IMG/VR virus record: IMGVR_UViG_3300032300_000143
From: an uncultured virus (IMG/VR IMGVR_UViG_3300032300_000143)
Lineage: Duplodnaviria; Heunggongvirae; Uroviricota; Caudoviricetes
Direction: 5' to 3' (one strand)
DNA: 20,000 bases
In this document: positions 13,988-20,000 of the stretch, piece after piece
How positions within the stretch are numbered: the first letter of the stretch is position 1
Layout of the letters: each line of letters begins with the position of its first letter
Translations under genes and position numbers: made by a program
Notes under the pieces: generated by a model
Databases searched by the model: none
The model's input: the letters and a program-made list of their open reading frames with translations, nothing else
What the model was told of the DNA's origin: nothing

Positions 13988-16295
13988 TTGTCGTAACAGC
14001 CGGTAATGACAAAGCATGTTTCCTCGCTTTCTTTTCAGCTTTGGTCAAGGGTTTTTGAATTTCCTCAACAACAAAATCCAAGTCATCATTGACAACATTG
14101 ATCTTGACTAATCCGCCTTCTTTTAAATCACCAAACAACACTCTACGACTCAATGGCGATTTGATCTTGTTGTCGATTAATCTTGCTAAAGGTCTAGCAC
14201 CCATCTTTTTATCATAGCCCTTGGCTGCCAACCACTTGGTTGTTTCTGTATTTACACTAATTTCAATACCCTTGTCTTTTAACTGATTGTTTAGTTCCCC
14301 AACAAATTTCTTTACAATCTGTACAACAACTTCTTGACTGAGCTTGGTAAATTTAATCACAGCATCTAAACGATTACGGAACTCCGGAGCAAAGAATTTT
14401 TTAATTGCCTTGTCATCTTCTCCGTCCTTTGATAAATCTCCAAATCCAATGGTATTGTTTTCATTGTCCCTAGCCCCGAGATTGCTGGTCATAACAAGTA
14501 TACAGTTACGCCCATCTGCTTGTTTGCCATTTGATCCTGTAACAAATCCATTGTCCATAAACTGCAATAGAATATTGCTAACATCTGGATGTGCTTTTTC
14601 AATCTCGTCTAGCAACAGCACACAATTTGGTGTTTCCTGTAACTTGGTTATGAGTTGTCCGGCATTATCTTCATAACCAACATACCCAGGAGGAGCACCG
14701 ATTAATCTAGCCACTGAATGCTTTTCTTGATACTCACTCATATCAAATCTTACCAAGGGCATTGACATTTTTTCACTGAGCTGTCTAGCAGTTTCAGTTT
14801 TACCGCAGCCAGTTGGCCCAAGAAACAAGAAACTACCAATAGGTTTATTAGGAGTCTTCATTCCTGCCTGCGCTACAAATATCTTATCCAATAGATTATC
14901 CACAGCTTCATCTTGTCCGAACACAGCAGATTTCATACCGTTTTCTAGATCTGCAAGATTTTTGCTTTCTTTCTGTGCCACGTTCTCCAACGGCATATTA
15001 ATCATTTTGCTTAGTTCATAGGTAACCTGTTCTACATCAACAATTTGATCAACACCTTCTTCGATAACAGTATCTTTGATTTTATATCTTGCAGCAGCAC
15101 AGTCTAAAATATCAATGGCCTTGTCCGGCAACTTTTTATCATTCATGTATTTCATTGACAGCTTTACAGCTTGATCAATAGCAGCATCTGTGATTTTAAC
15201 ATTGTGATGTTGCTCATAGTACTTGCGAATACCTTTGATAATTTTTACACTGAGTTCCGGAGTAGGTTCATCAACAATTACACGTTGGAATCTGCGCATT
15301 AGAGCACGATCCTTTTCAAAATGCTTGCGATATTCTTCCCATGTAGTTGATGCAATTAATTTAATAACACCTTTGGTTAATATAGGCTTAAGCATATTAG
15401 ACATATCGTTGCTGGATTGACTAGATGCACCAGCACCTTGCATCATGTGAGCTTCGTCAATAAACAAGATTATCTTGCCTTTCTTTTCTAGTGCGGTCAA
15501 TACTGCTTTAAGACGTTCTTCAAAATCACCGCGATACTTGCTTCCGGCAAGCAATGCTGAGATGTCAAGAGTGTAAACACTGTGATCCTGAATAAACTTA
15601 GGAACTTTCTTTTCAAAGATCTTGCGGGCCAGTCCTTCTGCAATAGCAGTCTTACCAACTCCGGGATCACCTACCATCAGCACATTACATTTACTGCGTC
15701 GAGCAAGTATCAATTGTATTTTTTCTAATTCTTCATCTCTGCCAATAACTGGATCTATCTTGCGTTGTTTGGCGTGCAAACTTAAATTTGTACAGAATTG
15801 ATTTAATATTTTTTCTACTTGATTTACATTCACTACTTGATGTTCACTTTCTTCTTCTTCTTGAATTATGTTTTCGTGAATATATTTCACAAATTTTTCT
15901 TTGTGTATTCCGCCTTTATTAAAGAAATAAAAGGCAAAACTATTTTTTTCACTTAGTATACTTGCAATAACATCAAATATTTCTATCTTTTGTCGACCAC
16001 TGAACAAGACTTGACTAAAACAACGATTGAGAACTCTTTCTACAGAATGAGTTTTTTTTGGTTTCTCAACGGCTGCATTTTTAATATCTTCAAGATTATT
16101 TTTGAGATAATGCTCTAGATTGGTTTTAATAAAATTAGCATCGGCACCGTATTGCTCTATGAGTTTGAATGTCGGTTCATCACTTATCATACCAAATGCT
16201 AGATGTTCGATAGTGATATATTCGTGTGTCAGCTGTTTAGCAACTCCTACAGAAAATTCAAAGATATTTTGTAGACTTTGACTTGGTTCGATCAT
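13974..16295 (-). CDS. clpA: ATP-dependent Clp protease ATP-binding subunit ClpA-like
   Basis: N-domain HEYITIEHL; DPVIGRDEE; two Walker A (GDPGVGKT, GPTGCGKT) and Walker B (FIDEAH, LLDEIEKAH) motifs; pore loops KYRG and GYVG; IGF ClpP-docking loop; no ClpB middle domain. Confidence 0.93.
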   Translation of the reverse strand: MIEPSQSLQNIFEFSVGVAKQLTHEYITIEHLAFGMISDEPTFKLIEQYGADANFIKTNLEHYLKNNLEDIKNAAVEKPKKTHSVERVLNRCFSQVLFSGRQKIEIFDVIASILSEKNSFAFYFFNKGGIHKEKFVKYIHENIIQEEEESEHQVVNVNQVEKILNQFCTNLSLHAKQRKIDPVIGRDEELEKIQLILARRSKCNVLMVGDPGVGKTAIAEGLARKIFEKKVPKFIQDHSVYTLDISALLAGSKYRGDFEERLKAVLTALEKKGKIILFIDEAHMMQGAGASSQSSNDMSNMLKPILTKGVIKLIASTTWEEYRKHFEKDRALMRRFQRVIVDEPTPELSVKIIKGIRKYYEQHHNVKITDAAIDQAVKLSMKYMNDKKLPDKAIDILDCAAARYKIKDTVIEEGVDQIVDVEQVTYELSKMINMPLENVAQKESKNLADLENGMKSAVFGQDEAVDNLLDKIFVAQAGMKTPNKPIGSFLFLGPTGCGKTETARQLSEKMSMPLVRFDMSEYQEKHSVARLIGAPPGYVGYEDNAGQLITKLQETPNCVLLLDEIEKAHPDVSNILLQFMDNGFVTGSNGKQADGRNCILVMTSNLGARDNENNTIGFGDLSKDGEDDKAIKKFFAPEFRNRLDAVIKFTKLSQEVVVQIVKKFVGELNNQLKDKGIEISVNTETTKWLAAKGYDKKMGARPLARLIDNKIKSPLSRRVLFGDLKEGGLVKINVVNDDLDFVVEEIQKPLTKAEKKARKHALSLPAVTTNAET

Positions 16296-16323
16296 TAGTA
16301 TTATTTCCTTAATTCAACAACTT

Positions 16324-16352
16324 ATTTTAACAAATTATAAATCTATTGTCAA
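16324..16352 (-). promoter_or_regulatory. Near-consensus sigma70-type promoter for clpA
   Basis: Minus strand TTGACA-N17-TAAAAT with an extended -10 TG; the -35 box overlaps the dnaJ TGA; AAGGA RBS downstream. Confidence 0.75.
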
Positions 16353-17179
16353 ATAAATTTTAACTTTGTTTGTTCAACAGCATCTTTTTGTTCAGAGTTT
16401 AAATTCTTTGGAATTTCTATCTGTACTTTAATCAACAAATTACCTCTGACCTTGGTTCGCATATTGGGTAAGCCTTCTCCCCGGCAACTTAATACAGTGT
16501 CGGGTTGTGTGCCTGCTGGAATACCTATTGTTAATGTTTTTTTGTCAATGGTTTCTATAGTTATTTCAGTTCCTAGTATAGCATCCCAGGGAGAAATAAA
16601 TTTCTTTATCATTAACATGTCGCCCTGTCTTTGAAACACAGAATGTTGTTTGACCAATACATTCACAATTAAATCGCCTGGTGGCACATCTTTTAAGGTA
16701 TGTTCTCCCATGCCTCTATATCGTATCTGTTGTCCGTTTTCTATACCTGGCGGAACTTCAATATTCACTAGCCGTTTACTGCCATTGGGTATTCCTATCT
16801 CTGCATCTATTACTTTGCCCTTGAGTATGTCTTCGAGAGAAACTTCGATGTTTACATTTAATGTTTTATTTTTTCTTATTGGCCTGCCCCCAAATCCAAA
16901 ATTACCAAAGACATCTTCAAAGTTACCTGTATTGAAATGAAATTCAAACGGACTTCCTTGCCTATAACTAGTATGTTGAGCATTGGGATCTACTCCCATA
17001 TCGATCATCTGTTTCTTTTGAGGATCACTGAGTGTTTCGTAGGCCTCAGTGACTTCTTTGAATTTCTTTTCATCACCGCCGCGATCGGGATGGTGTTTCA
17101 TAGCCATTTTTCTGTATGCAGATTTAATCTCTGCCTCAGAAGCGTTTTTTGATATACCAAGTGTAGTGTAATAGTCCAT
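16349..17179 (-). CDS. dnaJ: DnaJ-class co-chaperone, type II (CbpA-like, no zinc finger)
   Basis: J-domain DYYTTLG...AYRKMAMKHHPDRGG...AYETLSD; G/F region; C-terminal GDL, IPAGTQP, GEGLP; no CxxCxGxG repeats. Confidence 0.93.
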   Translation of the reverse strand: MDYYTTLGISKNASEAEIKSAYRKMAMKHHPDRGGDEKKFKEVTEAYETLSDPQKKQMIDMGVDPNAQHTSYRQGSPFEFHFNTGNFEDVFGNFGFGGRPIRKNKTLNVNIEVSLEDILKGKVIDAEIGIPNGSKRLVNIEVPPGIENGQQIRYRGMGEHTLKDVPPGDLIVNVLVKQHSVFQRQGDMLMIKKFISPWDAILGTEITIETIDKKTLTIGIPAGTQPDTVLSCRGEGLPNMRTKVRGNLLIKVQIEIPKNLNSEQKDAVEQTKLKFI

Positions 17180-17190
17180 GTTTTTAAATT

Positions 17191-17222
17191 AAAAATGAAA
17201 TAGGGTCGCAAGCGACCCTATT
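17191..17222 (-). terminator. Intrinsic terminator after the membrane cluster
   Basis: Minus strand AATAGGGTCG-CTTG-CGACCCTATT-TCATTTTT: 10-bp stem, CUUG tetraloop, U-rich tail. Confidence 0.8.
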
Positions 17223-17242
17223 ATTTAAGCAAGATTTTAAAC

Positions 17243-17473
17243 TCACACAATTTTTATCAGTGCAGAAACTCCATATACCAACATGGTTTTTAATTGAATA
17301 TCATCCGCTTCTGATTCCAAAATATCAGTTCGAATTAAATCTTGCAGCAGCTCGTTATATTCTGATTGGCTGATCTGTCCAGCTTGAAATGCTTCAGTAA
17401 TCTGTAATGCATATTGCGCTCTCTGAGCCATTGGCCCCTGTCCTTGTGCTAACTGGTGTAATTCCTGACTCAT
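17243..17473 (-). CDS. Small helical hypothetical protein
   Basis: 76 aa, TAATG-coupled to the lipoprotein gene; contains GQISQSEYNELL. Confidence 0.75.
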   Translation of the reverse strand: MSQELHQLAQGQGPMAQRAQYALQITEAFQAGQISQSEYNELLQDLIRTDILESEADDIQLKTMLVYGVSALIKIV

Positions 17474-17871
17474 TAGAATCTCCCTATAACAGTCTTAGCC
17501 ACTGTGGAGCTTTGTGTAATTAAAATCTTCTTTTTTATATCGCAATAGATTTCTGTACCTTGTTTTTCCAGGCTACGTTTATAAAAGTCGTCTACTGTAG
17601 ATTCCATAGGTTTAACAAGTGTTAGCACATCTTTGGTTCCCTTGCTATCACTATATAAAATAAACCATTGTATGTTATCTTTAATAACTTTAACCTGTGG
17701 TGCATGAGGTTCTTTGCAGTTTAATTTTTCAACACTTTGTCTAATATCAATCACGCTTCTACTTTGATTGTCATCCCAAAAACTAGGTATTTGATCTTTA
17801 ATATTTTGAAAAGAAAAGGTTGCACACCCTTGTAGAAGTGCAACCAGGCCTATTAAAGCTAGACGTTTCAT
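17473..17871 (-). CDS. Putative lipoprotein
   Basis: MKR + hydrophobic stretch + lipobox LQGC; two more Cys in the mature part. Confidence 0.8.
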   Translation of the reverse strand: MKRLALIGLVALLQGCATFSFQNIKDQIPSFWDDNQSRSVIDIRQSVEKLNCKEPHAPQVKVIKDNIQWFILYSDSKGTKDVLTLVKPMESTVDDFYKRSLEKQGTEIYCDIKKKILITQSSTVAKTVIGRF

Positions 17872-18092
17872 TTTTTCTTACCGTCAGGTACTTCTGTAGC
17901 TTCGTGTTTTTTGTGCTTCTTAACTTCTTTGCACTCTTGCTTGGGCTTTTTGGTCTTTGGATCAATAACAGGCTTGCCGTCTTTGCCCTGTAGGTCAACA
18001 CAGATTTTTTTAGTTTCTGGAGCCTTTTCTTGAGCAACAGCCGGAGACATTGCAAATGCTGAAACTAACAATAATGCTAATAAATTTTTCAT
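17868..18092 (-). CDS. Small secreted/periplasmic Lys-rich protein
   Basis: Start MKNLLALLLVSAFAMSPAVA at 18092 with AAGGA RBS; Sec signal with AVA site; two Cys in the mature part. Confidence 0.8.
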   Translation of the reverse strand: MKNLLALLLVSAFAMSPAVAQEKAPETKKICVDLQGKDGKPVIDPKTKKPKQECKEVKKHKKHEATEVPDGKKK

Positions 18093-18102
18093 GATTATTC
18101 CT

Positions 18103-18636
18103 TTAAATTTGTGGTTGCTCTGGTTGCATAGGTGCCGGCTTGCCACCAAACCCTGCTACCACTGCTGGTGCTGAAACTGAAGTTGTCCCCCAGCTTGGTG
18201 CTGTTGCAACCGCTGGCGCTCCAAATCCTGAACTGCTACCAAAGCTGCTTGGTGCTGATGAATTAAAACCACCGGAGTTGCCGAAGCTTCCTGATTGCGG
18301 TTGGCCAAATGCTGGAGTCCCGCCCGCAAATCCTGTTGCTGGTGTTTGTAGTCCGCCATTGTTTGCTCCTCCTAGTTTTTCCTGTGTGCGACCGAATGCC
18401 GCAATACCTAGTACTGCACCCATTGCAATGTGGAATAGGCCAGCACCTTGAAGTGTTAACGGATTCCATTGTGTGATTGGAGAATGAGTGAATGTTTGCA
18501 ATAGACTCCATAGGATGGGAAATATAACCATGTCCATAGTACAGACTAGCATATACATCCAACCCATCATTGGACGCCATTTTGAATTCATCCAATCTTC
18601 TTTCTTTTGCTCGCTTACGCTTTTAACTTCGCTCAT
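18103..18636 (-). CDS. GTA-type 3TM holin-like membrane protein with a low-complexity FG-rich tail
   Basis: W-x4-WRPMMGW and GAVLGIAAFGRTQEK match the family pattern; AGGAG RBS. Confidence 0.7.
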   Translation of the reverse strand: MSEVKSVSEQKKEDWMNSKWRPMMGWMYMLVCTMDMVIFPILWSLLQTFTHSPITQWNPLTLQGAGLFHIAMGAVLGIAAFGRTQEKLGGANNGGLQTPATGFAGGTPAFGQPQSGSFGNSGGFNSSAPSSFGSSSGFGAPAVATAPSWGTTSVSAPAVVAGFGGKPAPMQPEQPQI

Positions 18637-18656
18637 TTTCCGCTCCTATTTAATTT

Positions 18657-19526
18657 TTATAAACCGCTTGCACCAACTGTAGCCCACTCACGTGCGCCAT
18701 TTGGTAATGACTGTTCACAAGCTAACTGTGCTACCATTGTTACAACAATACCTGCCACAACAGCCGCACAACTTTGCGGAACAATCATAGCACCGGCAGC
18801 TACATCAAACGACTTAGCCAATGAGAATGCAATAGCGTCAGTTAGAATTTTCTTGTTGGCTTCGCCAATTGCTTTACGCACATCAGGTGCCATCCAAATT
18901 AATTCAACGAATGCTTGTGCTGTTAAATCACAGGCTGCACCTAATGCTACAGCGCCTACAGTTTCTTTAGCAGCCAAATACAAAATAGCAGTTGAGCTTA
19001 ATGGAGCAGTTGCAGCCACTGTGGTTGCTTGACTGCTTGGCTCTGGACGATATAACAATGCGGCAAATATTGTACCTAGTGCAATGCTAACACCGATCTG
19101 GCAGTAGTTGGCTTGCACCCACTCAGCCATTAATTCGCCACCACGTGCGACACCATATACACCTGCACGAGCACCTTGCTCCATGGCTCTGATAGCTAAC
19201 TTGCTACCTGCATCAATATCACCAAGAGCGGCATCAGCTACTTTAGCAGACCACATACCGTGACGAGTGAAACCAACTTTGGCTTGTCCGGCAGCACTAA
19301 CTCCGATGTTGTTAACACTGTTGATTGCGTTTCTTGATAACTGTTCAGCTTGTGAAGTTAGTTTACCAGCGCCGTCAGTGATCTGTTGACCTGCAACACT
19401 AATTGCTTTGGGTGTTTCTTTGATCACAGTATTGATAACATTAGTAGCAGGTGCTACCACTTGCTGAATAGCCTGGATAGGGTTAGGTATCTTAGGTATC
19501 TTCGGTAACTTTGGCATTTTAAACAT
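18657..19526 (-). CDS. Hypothetical Ala/Gly-rich membrane-associated protein
   Basis: 289 aa; PKxPKx N-terminus, amphipathic first half, hydrophobic helices and 4 Cys in the C-terminal half; AAGGAG RBS. Confidence 0.75.
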   Translation of the reverse strand: MFKMPKLPKIPKIPNPIQAIQQVVAPATNVINTVIKETPKAISVAGQQITDGAGKLTSQAEQLSRNAINSVNNIGVSAAGQAKVGFTRHGMWSAKVADAALGDIDAGSKLAIRAMEQGARAGVYGVARGGELMAEWVQANYCQIGVSIALGTIFAALLYRPEPSSQATTVAATAPLSSTAILYLAAKETVGAVALGAACDLTAQAFVELIWMAPDVRKAIGEANKKILTDAIAFSLAKSFDVAAGAMIVPQSCAAVVAGIVVTMVAQLACEQSLPNGAREWATVGASGL

Positions 19527-19546
19527 TGTAAATCTCCTTTAAATGA

Positions 19547-19816
19547 TTACTTGGTTTTTTGCTTTATTTCGGCAACTTCTTTACGAAGATACTCAAAATC
19601 TTTTCTCAGTAATTCAACATCGGTTGTATTACGGCCCGGTTGTTTTATATAACTAGAAAATCTTTCATCAGCCAGCATCACTGTGTGTTCTAACTCAGAA
19701 ATTCTTGTTTGAGTGCTAAACACATACCAACTGGCTACTAACAATGCACCCACTACTGAAATCAAAGTCTTTAAGGGAACAGTGACTTCGGTCTTTTCAT
19801 CTAACTGAACAGCCAT
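19547..19816 (-). CDS. Single-pass membrane protein with a C-terminal coiled coil
   Basis: TM segment LISVVGALLVASWYVF followed by a heptad-like charged helix. Confidence 0.75.
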   Translation of the reverse strand: MAVQLDEKTEVTVPLKTLISVVGALLVASWYVFSTQTRISELEHTVMLADERFSSYIKQPGRNTTDVELLRKDFEYLRKEVAEIKQKTK

Positions 19817-20000
19817 TTAGTTGTCCCCTAGCTTACTCAGTTTGGAGATATAGTTTGTCATCATGTGATCAAACACACCAATATATTTTTGTCCCTTGGC
19901 TCTGGCTTTTAATCTACTACGAATCATATCTTTTACTTGTTGCCAAGGACTTAGATCTCTAAACTCTCCGTAGAAATTCATGTACTTGTGTGTGCCGTGA
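19817..20000 (-). CDS. C-terminal part of a class-3-like lipase (alpha/beta hydrolase), partial
   Basis: Hand translation HGTHKYMNFYGEFRDLSPWQQVKD...GVFDHMMTNYISKL*; H-G...Y and D-H-x-M-x-x-Y fit the catalytic-His end of class 3 lipases. The GxSxG motif would be outside the window. Confidence 0.55.
   Translation of the reverse strand, partial: HGTHKYMNFYGEFRDLSPWQQVKDMIRSRLKARAKGQKYIGVFDHMMTNYISKLSKLGDN

Noticed and set aside
774..18595. Alternative-frame minus-strand ORFs (774-1067, 3894-4091, 4551-4757, 6809-7015, 8975-9193, 17798-18055, 18156-18359, 18263-18595)
   Set aside because: Nested in or overlapping better genes, with atypical composition and no lipobox or other overprinting signal.
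18647..18652. TAAATA upstream of the holin-like gene
   Set aside because: It runs straight into the AGGAG RBS, which a transcript from it would lose; may be chance in AT-rich DNA.
1015..19032. Many plus-strand ORFs of 60-153 aa (e.g. 7543-8004, 10383-10793, 18607-19032)
   Set aside because: All are antisense shadows of well-supported minus-strand genes, with no recognisable motifs.
1..20000. CRISPR array, tRNA/rRNA, transposase or integrase; cellular or NCLDV origin
   Set aside because: Intergenic gaps are under 85 bp with no repeat-spacer or cloverleaf patterns and no mobile-element motifs. SD sites, sigma70 and TAAATA promoters and the gp43-like polymerase point to a bacteriophage despite host-like clpA, dnaJ and erpA.

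Overview
A 20-kb segment of a large T4-like (Tevenvirinae-related or jumbo) dsDNA phage genome. All credible genes are on the minus strand, densely packed, and read in the standard genetic code. In transcription order (right to left): (1) a membrane/envelope cluster (C-terminal part of a class-3-like lipase, a TM+coiled-coil protein, a hydrophobic 289-aa protein, a GTA-type 3TM holin-like protein with an FG-rich tail, a secreted peptide, a lipoprotein); (2) host-like chaperones DnaJ (type II) and ClpA; (3) a ~6-kb late cluster of probable internal head proteins with T4 capsid-targeting-like N-termini and [LIV]-x-E prohead-protease-like sites, interleaved with a cytidyltransferase-like enzyme and an ErpA/IscA Fe-S carrier; (4) a replication/modification operon (DsbA-like protein, small membrane protein, family B DNA polymerase, probable sliding clamp, TGT/DpdA-like transglycosylase, small hypotheticals). 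Most interesting signals: modular internal-head polyproteins, one with a cryptic signal peptide behind a predicted cleavage site; a DNxFxxL[FY] clamp-binding-like motif shared by the polymerase and the DpdA-like enzyme; tandem GCCAYAAA-loop hairpins in the polymerase leader; an RBS-sequestering hairpin overlapped by a TAAATA late promoter; and several probable leaderless late genes. All assignments come from motif recognition by eye; no searches were run.
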